Shown: one piece after another, positions 26,630 through 38,805 of the stretch
Layout: each line of letters starts with the position of its first letter
Position numbering within the stretch: position 1 is the stretch's first letter
Origin: the human T2T-CHM13v2.0 reference genome, Homo sapiens
DNA: 64,000 nt
Reading direction: 5' to 3' (one strand)
NCBI RefSeq assembly: GCF_009914755.1
Contig: NC_060927.1
Translations under genes and position numbers: made by a program
Notes under the pieces: generated by a model
Databases searched by the model: none
Told to the model about the DNA's origin: nothing
Seen by the model: the letters and a program-made list of their open reading frames with translations, nothing else

Positions 26630-28930
26630 TGATATGGCTTGGCTCTGTGTCTCCACCTAAATGTCATCGTGTAGCTCCTATAATTCCCATATGTTGTGGA
26701 AGGGACCTGGTGGGAGATGACTGAATGATGGGGTTGGGTCTTTCCAATGCTTTTCTTGTGATAGTCAATGGGTGTTATGAGATATAATTGTTTTAAAAAC
26801 AGAAGTTTCTCAGCACAAACCCTCTTTGCCTGCTGCCATCCCCATAAGATGTGATTTGCTCCTCCTTGCCTTCCACCATGATTGTGGGGCCTCTGCAGTC
26901 ATGTGGGACTGTAAGTCCAATAAACCCTTTTTCCTTTATTAATTACCCAGTCTCAGGTATGTCTTTATCAGCAGTGTGAAAACCGACTAATACAGTACAT
27001 TGGTACCAGTAGAGTAGGGTGCTTCTATAAATATACCCAAATATGTGGAAGCTATTTGGGAACTGAGTAACAGGAAGAGGTTGGAACAGTTGGAAGACCC
27101 AGAAGAATACAGGATAATGTGGGAAAATTTGTAACTTCCCAGAGACTTGTTGAAGCTTTTAACAAAATGTTGATAGTGATAAGGACAATGAAATCCAGGC
27201 TGAGGTGGTCACAGATGGAGATGAAGAACTTGTTGGAAACTGGAGTAAAAGTGCCTTTTGCTATGTTTTACCAAGGAGACTGGCAGCCTTTTGCTTCTTC
27301 CCTAGAGATTTGTGAAACTTTGAACTTGAGAGAGATGATTTAGGGTATCTAGTAGAAGAAACTTCTAAGCAGCAAAACGTTGAAAAAGTCACTTGGGTGC
27401 TGTTAAAGGCATTCAGTTTTAAAAGAGAAACAGCATAAAAGTTCAGAAAATTTGCAGCCTGAAAATGCAATAGAAAAGAAAATCCAATTTTCTGAGGAGA
27501 AATTCAAGCCAGCTGCAGAAATTGCATAAGTTATGAGGAGCCAAATGTTAATCCCAAGACAATGAGGAAAATGTCCCCAGGGAATGTTAGAGGTCTTCAT
27601 GGCAGCCCCTCCCATCACAGGCCCAGAGGCCTAGGAAGAAAAAGTGGTTTCATGGGCTGGGCTCAGGGATCCCGTTGTGTGTGCAGCCTAGGGACTTGGT
27701 GCCCTGTGTCCCAGCCACTCCAGTCATCGCTGAAAGGGGCCAATGTCAAGCTCTGGCCATGGATTCAGAGGGTGTAAGCCTCAATCTTGGCAGAATAAAC
27801 ATGGTGTTGAGCCTGCAAGTGCACAGAAATCAAGAACTAAGATTTGGGAAACTCCAGCTAGATTCCAGAGGATGTATGGAAATGCCTGGATGTCCATGCA
27901 GAAGTTTGCTGTAGGGGTGGGGTCCTCATGGAGAACCTCTGCTAGGACAGTGCAGAAGGAAAATGTGGGGCGGGAGCCCCCATACAGAGTCCTTACTGGG
28001 GCACCAACTAGTGGAACAGTGAGAAGAAGGCCACTGTCCTCCAGACTCCTGAATGGTAGATCCACTGACAGCTTGCACTGTGTACCTGGAACAGCTGCAA
28101 ACACTCAATGCCAGCCCATGAAAGCAGCCTGGAGAGAAGCTGTACCCTGCAAAGCCATGGGGGTGGATCTGCCCAAGACCATAGGAACCCACCTCTTGCA
28201 TCAGTGTGACCTGGATTTGAGACATGGAGTCAAAGGAGATCATTTTGGAGCTTTAAGATTTGACTTCCCCACTGAATTTTGGACTTGCATGGGGTCTGTA
28301 GCCCCCTTTTTTTGGCCAATTTCCCATTTGGAATGGCTGCATTTACCCAATGACTCTACCCCCATTGTATCTAGGGAGTAATTAACTTGCTTTTGATTTT
28401 ACAGGCTCATAGGCAGGAGGGACTTGCCTTGTCTTGGATGAGACTTTCGACTTTGGACTTTTGAGTTAATGCTGAAATGAGTTAAGACTTTGGGGGTGCT
28501 GTTGGGAAGGCGTGATCAGTTTTGAAATGTGAAGGTATGAAATATGGGAGGGACCAAGGGCAGAATGATATTGTTTGGCTCTGTGTCCCCACCTAAATCT
28601 CATCTTGTAGCTCCTATAATTCCCTAATGCTGTGAAAGGGAGCTGGTGGAAGGTGATTGAATCATGGGCAGGTCTTTCCCATGCTGTTCTCTTGATGGTG
28701 CGTAAGTCTCGTGAGATATGATGGTTTTAAAAATGGGAGTTTTTCTGCACAAGCTCCCTCTTTGCCTGCTGCCATCCATGTAAGATGTGACTTGCTCCTA
28801 CTTGCCTTCTGCCATGATTGTGAGGCCTCCCCAGCCATGTGGAACTGTAAGTCCAATAAACCTTTTTTCTTGTATAAATTACCCAGTCTTGGTTATGTCT
28901 TTATCAGCAGTGTGAAAATGGACTAATACA
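26630..28930 (+). mobile_element. Full-length THE1A/B provirus: 5' LTR 26630-26994, internal 26995-28565, 3' LTR 28566-28930
   Basis: Two ~365-bp direct LTRs (tgatat...ctaataca), ttggtaccag after the 5' LTR, a purine-rich tract before the 3' LTR, and a perfect 5-bp TSD gtatt. Confidence 0.96.
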
Positions 28931-28994
28931 GTATTCCTTCATGTTTCTCTTCCAGTCATATAATTGTTTAATCCAAAATTAAATTCTGTCAAAT

Positions 28995-29820
28995 GAGAAG
29001 CCTAGTACACTTTTGCTGTGAATGTAAATTAGTACAGCCACTAGGGAGAATAGTTTGAAGGTTCCTCAAAAGACTAAAAATAGAGATACCGTATAGTCCA
29101 GCAATTCTACTGCTGGGTATACAACCCCCCCAAAAAAAGGAAATCAGTATATTGAAGACATATCTGCATTTTCGTGTTTTTTTTTTTTGGTAGCACTATT
29201 CACAATAGCAAAGATTTGGAAGCAATCTGTGTCCATCAACAGAGGATAAAAAAATGTGGTGCCTATATGCAGTGGAGTATTAGTCAGCCATAACAAATAA
29301 TGAGCTCCTGTCATTTGCCACAACATGGATGGAACCGAAAGTCATTATGTTAAGGGAAGTAAACCAGGCACAGAAAGACAAATTTTGCAGGTTCTTACTT
29401 ATTTAAGGTTGGAAACATTTAAAAAATTGAACTCATGGGTATAGAGAGTAGAATGATGATTACTAGAGGCTAGGAAGAGTAGTAGATAGTGGGAAGGAAG
29501 AGGGTAGTAATGAGTACAAAAATGTAGTTAGATAGAATAAGATCTAGTATTTGATAGCACAACAGAGTAACTACAGTCAACTATGGTTTATTATACATTT
29601 TAAAATAACTAAAAGAGGATTGCTTGCAATACAAATAAAGAATAAATGTTTGAGGTTACAGATATCCCATTTACCCTAATGTGATTATTATGCATTATAT
29701 GCCTGTACCAAAATATCTCTTGTACACCATAAATATATATATATATCTACTATGGACCCACAAAAATTAAAAATTTAAAATTTAAAAAATATATTTAAAA
29801 ACAAAACACAACAAAACTAC
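28995..29820 (+). mobile_element. L1MA2/3-like 5'-truncated L1
   Basis: aatgtaaattagtacagccact...taagatctagtatttgatagcacaacag...A-rich tail. Degenerate TSD attaa(a/g)ttctgt at 28978-28989 and 29821-29832. Confidence 0.88.
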
Positions 29821-30469
29821 ATTAAGTTCTGTTGATTCCACTAAAATTTTCTCCCTTTCGGCAATACCCATTTTTCATATTTTAGTTATGTATATTAATC
29901 TTTACCTACACCACCCATAACCATTTGCTGCAGTAGTTTCCTCATTTATACTATCATCGATCTATCCTCTCTTGTGCAGCTAGAGATTTTTTCAAAACAA
30001 AAATGTGAGCACATGAGTTCCCTAATGATAGTGCTCTGGCTTACATCTCCCATTTAATATTATGTCATGCTTTCAACCATAAAGAACCAAGACTAATGTA
30101 GATAATCCTTCTCTGTATCATTCTAGCACCATTTTCATTTATCAACCACAGCATGTAACCTATAGTTACTTGTTTCTCTCATTCTTATGTGATATTCATA
30201 AATTATTGACCATATCTTTTCCCTCTGTATGCTCTAGCTTAATGCCTGGTACATTACATACACTCATAAATATTTTTGGAATAATTGAAGTATGTAACAG
30301 CCTACCATTTACCTAACATTTCAAAAATTATTTCTTACCCCTCCCTCTACCCTAATAATGAAAGTATCAGATGCTTCTTTTGCTTAAACAGTATTTTTTA
30401 TCTATTATATAATTTACTTCTATTCTACTTGCCTATGCATGTGACAGTGTCCATTTATTTAATCCGGAG

Positions 30470-30636
30470 CAGAGGCAGATTTACTGTGAAGCTAATGAGG
30501 CTTAAACTTCAGGCCACTTAATTGCATAACCTCCTCTAAAGCCAGATATCTAATGTTTTCATAATTTGTATTCTGTTTTTCTAAACATATTTTCCTAACT
30601 TGTATACATACCCCACAAAACGTGGACTAATACCTG
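30470..30636 (+). mobile_element. MER53 (hAT-like) MITE
   Basis: cagaggcagatttactgtgaagctaatgaggcttaaacttcagg...ccccacaaaacgtggactaatacctg. Confidence 0.7.
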
Positions 30637-31399
30637 TTCCAATTATAATTTAGGTACCTACCATGTGACAGAAACTACACTATATGCATGAATATAAAAA
30701 TAAATAAAATAAGTTTAATTTTACATATTTTCAGGAATCAGAATGCTCCATTTGCTGGAGATCATGCTTACTACATCCTACATTATCACAATATCTCATA
30801 GTGTCTGGTCTCTCTACCCTCTTATTCATTCCCCTTAATACTAAGAAAAAAATAGAAAATTCATTAAACTCTAATTTCAACATACCTTTTCAGTCACAAA
30901 GCCTGTGATGCTGCCCCTTTCTAAATAGTCCTTTATTATAATAATTCTATGTTCAAGGCAAACTAAGTTATTTATTAATAATCACCTGATTGTCTTTCTG
31001 TTCAGGTTATTTTTCTCCTTTCAGTATCAAGTTTTTATATATTGTTTCTCTCTAGAACATTCTCCAACACAAATTGGCAGAGTGAGTAACTGATTCCTTT
31101 GCCCTCTCAACAATTTGACCATACCTTTAGCATTGTGTTTATCCCACTGTGCCAGTTAGGATATGTCAGTTTGAATTGCATTCAGCTGCCTGAAAAGAAT
31201 CCATTAATAATAGTGATTCTCTTGATTATTTTGCTTGTTCATTAGATCTTTTCTTCCATTTTTTTCCTGCTCCTTGCCCAGGAAGGTATATCTCTACACA
31301 CTGCTTCAAACCAGCTCCTTCCCCCTCTAGATTTTAGGTGGGTCCAGTTAATTGGAAATGCTGGCAGGAAATTGTTCTCTCTTTTTTTTTTTTTTTTTT

Positions 31400-31530
31400 A
31401 GCAATACAGTATTTTAAATTAAAGTTAACTGCATTGTATTTTAGACAGTGTTATTACATGCTTAATGGACTAAAATATAGTGTAACTTTTACATGCACTG
31501 GGGAACCCAAAAAATGTGTGACTTACTTCA
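31400..31530 (+). mobile_element. Tigger1 sub-terminal 3' fragment
   Basis: agcaatacagtattttaaattaaag...ttttacatgcactggggaacccaaaaaatgtgtgactt. Confidence 0.75.
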
Positions 31531-31770
31531 TTTTTTAATAATTTCAACTTTTATTATAGATTAAAGGGTATACGTGCAGGTTTGTAGGTATATTGTGTGA
31601 CACTGAAGTTTGGGATACAAATGATCCTATCCCCCACGTAGTGAGCATAATACCCAATGGATGTTTTTCCTTACTTGCAAGCGGGAGCTAAACATGCATA
31701 CACATAAATATAAAGATGGAAACAAGAGACACTGGGGATTTCTAGACAGAGGAGGGAGAGGAGGAGGGAG
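31531..31770 (-). mobile_element. Short L1PA15/16-like 3'UTR insertion with 5' inversion (31531-31660 minus, 31661-31770 plus)
   Basis: tttcaacttttattatagatt...gtgagcataatacccaatgg (antisense L1 end) abuts gggagctaaac...agacactgggga...ggagggag (sense, the adjacent upstream part of the 3'UTR). Confidence 0.8.
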
Positions 31771-31923
31771 ATTGCTGTTTGAATGGAAAAAGTAGCCAGA
31801 GTATTTTCCCCTTTTATCTTCCTGCTAGGCCTTGGCAGTAGCTATGAAATTGTTGTTTGAATAGAAAAAGTAGCCCAAGTATTCTCCCCTTTTATCTTCC
31901 TGCTAGGTCTTGGCAGTAGGTAT
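31771..31923. repeat. Tandem duplication, period 78 bp, two copies
   Basis: attg(c/t)tgtttgaat(g/a)gaaaaagtagcc...cttggcagtag(c/g)tat repeated at 31771 and 31849. Confidence 0.9.
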
Positions 31924-33084
31924 ATCCTTCTCCTTATAATTTCAGATGTTGTTGAGTGACCCTTCTGCTGTGATCATAGCTCTTACTTCTTATCATGTTC
32001 TGGTATTATGTGTCTTTTTTTTTTTTTATTTGTCATGTCAAGCAAAGGAGAGGTAATGACTTTCTATTCTTGCTGGATCTGGGTGCTTCATCATGTCCTC
32101 TTTGGTTCCTTTCACCTTGACCTCACCTCTGCAATAATTCTTTTGTTCCATTCGTTACATTAAAAACATTATCCCCTTGAGTGCGTCATCTGCTTCTTCC
32201 TGCAAGAAGTATTTTGGTAATTAGTATCATCTTGGACCCAGACGACAAGCGTCAAAATTGGATTCTAGGACTGGGTGGCTCACATATTTGATGAATGAAG
32301 AAATAATCTCTCTTAAATCTCATTTTCATTGACCTATCTAAAATGGACACTTGGCTGCAATGGGAGCAGAAAATGAAACTTTTATTCTAAGCAGTAATGG
32401 GCCATGCTGATTAATAGGGTCTTTCCAAAGGAAAAGGAATGAATGGATAATTATTATGCAACTAGCAGATTTTGTCACATATGGTTACATGAGTATGAAT
32501 CTAAATTCTCGAAGAGTCTGAAATTCTATAGCTATTTAAGTTCCCAGATGATTCCAGAAATTAGGAATTGAGAAATTGCAAAATTAGAAATAACACATTC
32601 TCTTTAGAACCATAAGATTTTGAGCCTGACACTTATAAAGGTAGTTGTATTTTCTCTAAAAAGTGTGCATATGTCTATTGATATTAAATTCAAGGTATTT
32701 TCCTCATATTACTCATTATTTATCTTTTTGTAATGACAAGTACTTTTTACAGAGTTAAGAAAGAAAAATCACACAAACATTAAAAATTAAACAAAAGTTT
32801 TTTTCTGAAAATGATTCCCTTATTGATTTGGCATTAGAATATTTGGTGTTAGCCTTTGCTTATCCATCCATATTACCAAATTGTACCAAGCTTTGAGAAA
32901 TGTAAGAGATTATATTGTCTTCCTACAGAGAAGAAGGTGACATGATTATGTTCTTGGTATAAGAACATACATTTTGATTATAAACTACTTCTTAATTTCA
33001 TAAACACTTATCAGAAAGTTGATTCCATGAGGAAGTTAAGTTACAGAGCAGATTTGAAAATAAAATACTTGACTATGGCTCAAA

Positions 33085-33215
33085 AATTAGGTTATGGTTC
33101 TGCTTCTACTAATAAATCAGTAATGTGACCTTTTCAACCTTCAGTTTCCTCATTCTGAAAATGGGAGGTTTAAGGAACTGTATCATTGCTTCCTTTCCAG
33201 GTTTACAATTTTGGA
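33085..33215 (+). mobile_element. MIR fragment
   Basis: atgtgacc...cttcagtttcctcattctgaaaatggg is the MIR core. Confidence 0.65.
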
Positions 33216-35336
33216 ATTCGGTGAGTAATCTTTGCTCATAAAGAATTTTTAAGAAGATTAAGTTGATTTTAGTTTCTGAGGCTATCACAAATCTTTATCC
33301 ACTGCCATGGCTTCAGGCAAGTCATTGAAAAAAATCATACACCCCTGGGAAATGTCAAGGTCCAAGATATTGCCCTTGAAATTGCTGTTAGCTCATGTTC
33401 CCCAAATTAACAACAATAAGAAGATACAAATACTAGAAAACCTTAAAGTGACTGAGGACTGCCTTGATCTCTCAACAGGCTAAGCTTGATAGACTGAAGG
33501 AATCTTTCTTTAAAGGAACATTTTCTTTTACTCTGTTGCCTTGAGACCATTGTCACTTGTACCTTCAGATTACAATATCACGTCAACAGCCCTGGCCATT
33601 TCTTGATACTGAAGTCCATAAACAAACCTCAGGGTAGCTCAATATCCTCATGTGAGAGGAGCCGAAGTCCTTCAGTAGTAATTCCTCTTTCTCAAATCGC
33701 CCTTCCTACCAGGACTTGTTAATTGCCAGATAGGGTTTAATATTTATGAAGCTGCTACATACTGTTTTTAAGGCTGAGATCCTGACCAGAGAAGAATCAG
33801 CAAACTGGAGTGCTACCTAGTGATTCCATGATGCCTGGGGCTCTCATCACTCCAACTCATAACTTCTCCTCTACTTAAAGTCAGAGAATAAGTCCTTTAG
33901 CCCTCTTCCAATATAAAGTAACAGCCTGAATACTGTATCTCTGGAGAAAATAAATTCACAGTTTGAAATAACTGAATAATATGATTTCCCTAAAAAAAGA
34001 AAGACAGCAAACTGGATCGCAGGTATCATTTAAAGCAGATGTATTAGTACAGAAGGGCCAAGAATGTAAAATGTTGTCTTCAGTTGGCACTGTAGATACA
34101 ACAGTCCATCCTAATAGAGAAGAAAATCAACCGAAGAAAGTTTATTTAAAAATATTTGAATTGCCAACATTAGTATCTGGCCCATTGCCCTTATGCGACA
34201 TTAAAGAAAGAGGATAAACTTAAATTCTGATTTGGAGTTTCCATTTAATGATTAGTTCGTCCTTCTCACCTCTAGGTAAGCTCTTTTGATGTATACTGAT
34301 ATGATCATCCTGAGCAGCCTCATGCCTCACTTGCTTTAATGCTTATACTTTTAACCTTTAACCATAATGCACAATAAAAGCACTGCTTAACTGTAGGACA
34401 TAAGTCCATATGTATGTATCCTGATTCATCCTATGTCTTTGTCTTTATTCCTTGTTCTTTACAACATAGCACAACAACCTTATTTGTTCCCTTGCTACTT
34501 AATGCATCAAGACTTTTGCATTACTTCTAGTTTGCTGTTATTAGAAGTTTTAAGGTAAAAGCGAATGTGGTATCTGAAAGGAGGTTTAAAAAAGAGGAAG
34601 TAGACGAGGCAGGAGTAGGAAGCATCATCATAGAGCTATATATCATGGAAAAGGGAAAACCAATATCCTGGAACAAACCTGATACCCTGGAATAAACCTG
34701 TACAAATTCTTTTCAAGCAGACTCTTAGCTTGAATGTAGGACTTGGCTTGAATGTAAGGTTTTAACAGACTCTGTCTCTAAATGCTCAGGCTGGTTTAGT
34801 AATTTAAAGATACTACAAGAGATATAGTGATGGCTCCAGTCCCATCACTAATGATTCTGAAATATTCTCACCAATCTTGCTTCGTATAACACAAGTAATG
34901 GTCTCAGTTCTACAAAACAATAAGGGAAAAGAAGAATAAAATGAGTTAATATGTGTAAATGTTCTTAAATAGCTTTTTTAATGACAAAGGCAAACTTTTT
35001 CTCTTTCAATAATAAACGTTTTGAAAGAGATTTGAATTATAATAGTCATTTGTCTTTCACACTAATTACTTGAGTCCATAAATAATGATTGTACTTTGAT
35101 CAGAATGACCAGAGCTTGGATCTCAAACTTGGCACAAAGTAGCCTGCCACTTCTCAAAGCCTGTAACTGAGGTGGCTGTTATCTTACTTTTTTTCATTAA
35201 AATACAATATCTTTCATATTGTGACATATGGATGCCAAAGTACAATGAAGTGTGATATTTTGGGATGAAAATAAACTGTTTTCTTTATGGGTGAGATTAA
35301 TGTTTACATCCATGGAAACCTAAATCCCAACACATG

Positions 35337-35707
35337 TGATGTTGTTTGGCTCTGTGTCCCCACCCAAATCTCATCTCAAACTGTAATCCCCATAATGCCC
35401 ACATGTCAAGGGAGCTCCCTGGTGGGAGGTGATTGGATCATGGGGGTGGTTTCCCCCATGCTGTTCTCATAATGGTGAGGGAGTTCTCAGAAGATCTGCT
35501 GGTTTTATAAGTATTTGACAGTTCCCCCTTCACATGCTCTCTTTTGCCTGCTGCCATGTAAGACATGCCTGCTTCCCCTTCCACCATGATTTTAAGTTTC
35601 CTGAGGCCTCCTCAGCCATGCAGAACTGATTCAATTAAACCTCTTTTATTTAGGAATTACCCAGTCTTGGGCAGTTCTTTATAGCAGTGTGAGAACAGAC
35701 TAATACA
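35337..35707 (+). mobile_element. THE1D-like solo LTR
   Basis: tgatgttgtttggctctgtgtccccacccaaatctcatc...gactaataca; perfect TSD acatg. Confidence 0.92.
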
Positions 35708-36417
35708 ACATGGTCTGCCCTGTTTACAATACAATATTCTATCTTACTTGTTTTCTTTGTCTTCCTTCCTGTATTTCATGAATATAATTATGTAATTTAC
35801 CTCTATTGTATTTGTAGTGTTGAGTCCAGAGGTTAGATTTGCAAACTCATTATTTGTACTCTTAGTGACGTTCTAAGATTTTTGCCCCAAGTGTGGACTC
35901 GTATGATGAATGCAAGGTGGTAAGACCAAATAACTCAGAAAACATAATATGAAATGTATCTACTCATTTGTGGCAGAAGTATCATATTTCTTATTAAAGG
36001 GCTATAGATAATATTAAGACAGATGGCATATTTAGAAACAATCAGATTTCTTTAGATTTTTAAAAAAATTTTGCTGACACAGATAGTAACAGAATTTGTA
36101 AATATAATACTGCAAATAGTATCTTCAATTTTTAAAATTCTACCAAGATTTAAGAAACCAGTAATATGAGGGGACTGTGCTAACAAGGTTTAAAATCTTG
36201 TAATTGATTTTAAAAAGTGAAATAGCAAGTGGTTCATTTATAAATATAAATATTTGAAATGAATATTGCTGCTGTAAAGATAATTTTACCTACTTGAAAT
36301 AATTAAATAGTTCAATTTTCTTGTAATTGTGAAATATATATTATTATAGTTTGGTACAAGCCTAATATTATTAATTTATCTTAAAACATAATAAGTTGAA
36401 ATACCAAATTCTGTGCT

Positions 36418-36518
36418 GTGTGTATATATATATATATATATATATAGCCTATCCTATATATATATATATATAGCCTATCCTATATATATATATATAGCCT
36501 ACATCTATATATATATAG

Positions 36519-36552
<34 letters not shown>

Positions 36553-36570
36553 CTATATATATATAGATGT
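36418..36570. repeat. Complex (TA)n microsatellite ending in a perfect 70-bp palindrome (36501-36570)
   Basis: (TA)n blocks are punctuated by gcc/tcc; acatctatatatatatagcc-(TA)15-ggctatatatatatagatgt. Confidence 0.95.
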
Positions 36571-37164
36571 TCACTACCTAAATACTAATTTCATCTGAGC
36601 AGTTATAACTGTATTAAAGAGAGTTTTGTCAATACTGTTGTCAAAAATGTGGCAAAATTGGGGACTGTAGAAATAAATTTGCTTAGTAAAACATAAAGAT
36701 ATAAAAAATGATATAGGACTCAGTAAGTGTTTTCAAACCTAGAAACGAAGTAAAAGAAACATTTAGAGAAAGAAAATTCTAAATAGGTAAGGAAATACAA
36801 TATATAATAATCTATGCAAAACCCAAGGAAAGCTATCAGAGGCATTTACTTTTTTCAGTTTCAGACCAAAATCACACAAGACTATACATTCACATAATTT
36901 CCAGCCCTGGAAATAAATTAATAGAGTACATAGCAGCATTTAAGCCAGATGAGTATTAGGTGATGGGTGTTAGGTAGCTCAATGGTGGAAAAATATTTCA
37001 TATAATCATATACAAAATGGGAAATCAGTTAAAAATATAAAAATATTGGTGGAATGTTTATGTAATGATGTTTTCTTTTGGAGAAAAGATCCTCATTAAG
37101 CAAAAGTAGATGGCCACAGTTTTGAGCCCCTTTCTCTGATGTCTTTTTCCAACTAACCACTAAT

Positions 37165-37760
37165 TGTTCATTGCAATTCATATTCCAACAGGAAACACCA
37201 GGTCTCTGGATCAGAGGACAGATGGTTTATTATTCACAGAGCATCTTAGTGTCAGTTCCCTGAACCCCAATCCTCATAGAGTATGAGGGTCTCATGTTAC
37301 CTTGCATGTGCAATGAAGTTGCAACACACTAAATAAAGCAATACTGAAATGAAGAGACTCAAAGTCAGATACTGTATTGGTATCTGCCCCTTTTCCTTTT
37401 CGAGGAGAGATGGAGAAAGGGGTGGGGGGCGAGGCGGGGAGAGAGAGAGACAGAATGAATGAGTGAGTGAATGAATGAATGAATGAGAGAGACTGGGAGA
37501 TCTTTGCTCTGGAACAGAAACTAATGATCAGAGATGGGAAAAGGATGGGGAGGAGAATCTCTTTAAGCTTCACAATTCTGGAACGTGAACAAATTGCTCT
37601 GAGGGAGAAAAGTCACCAAAACTTTCCAGAATAATTCACTATCACTAACTTCCAAGGCATATTTGCCATTCAATCATGCCTTAGCTTTTGCTCTTTGCTC
37701 AGAAAGCCTGGATTGTATACAGTAATTCATGAAAATAAACATGATAATTTTTGTCCAGCA
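37165..37760 (-). mobile_element. Probable old ERVL-class solo LTR (family not identified), containing a (GAAT)n tract
   Basis: Minus-strand TG...CA ends, AATAAA near the 3' end (tttatt at ~37227) and LTR-like length and composition. Confidence 0.35.
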
Positions 37761-38519
37761 TACTTCTAGAGCAAATCTAAGATGTAAAATTTCTTATTCA
37801 TCATTTCAATTGAAATGTCCTAAATCACCAGTGTTCAAGACAAGACCAACTTTCTTTTCAAAATGTCCTTTGCTAATTGGATGCACTCATCACCCATGCT
37901 AATATTGCAATCTAAAGAGGCATAATAGTTTGGTCAATTAGATTCATACTACCATTGGCAGACGGTACTTCAGGAAGAAATTTTGAATTGTACATACATT
38001 TTAATAGCTTTCTAATCTCTTTGTGTCTATAGGCCTCTACCTGAAAGTCTGCTTTTCACCGGAATGTTTATCCTACCAAAGCTTCAACAGTATAATGTTA
38101 GAGCCCTTCAAGTACTAATAATGTTAACTCTCTATCTAATTTTTATTTAGAGGAATATATACATACTAAATATAATATAATAAACTAATTAAATCTATTT
38201 ATTTGGTAAGAATAAATATTTATTAAATATATTAAAATTAATATTTTAGTCATTGCATTATTTTCATTTTGAAACTATGAAAATATAATTTAAAATGTCA
38301 AGATAAAATCACAATTTTTTTTGTTCTTAGTTTAATACTGGTATAGCTATATGGCAGAGTTTCTTCAAATTATAAATGGTTTACATTACTTTTCTTTGGT
38401 TTTGTTTTTAACAAAATGTCATCTGAAATGTGTATGCCCTATTAACACTTTTTTTATACTATTTAATGGAATAGAATAAACAGTGACCACTTTCTTCTGC
38501 AATCTGTTTGGTTGAATTC

Positions 38520-38805
38520 TTTTTTTTTTTTTTTCTTCCTTAGAGTCTCACTCTCTTGCTCAGGCTGGAGTGCTCAATCTTGGATCACTGCAAGCTCCGC
38601 CTCCTGGGTTCAAGTGATTCTCCTGTGTCAGCCTCCCGAGTAGCTGGGATTACGGTGCATGCCACCATGCCTCACTAATGTTGTTATTTTTAGTAGAGAT
38701 GGGGTTTTGCCATGTTGGCCAGGCTGGCCTTGAACACTTGACCTCAGGTGATTCACCCACCTCGGCCTCCCAAAGTGCTGGGATTACAGGCGTGAGCTAC
38801 CAGCC
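38520..38805 (-). mobile_element. AluS (Sx/Sz-like)
   Basis: Poly-T, antisense Alu body, acctcaggtgat; TSD tgaattctt. Confidence 0.9.
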
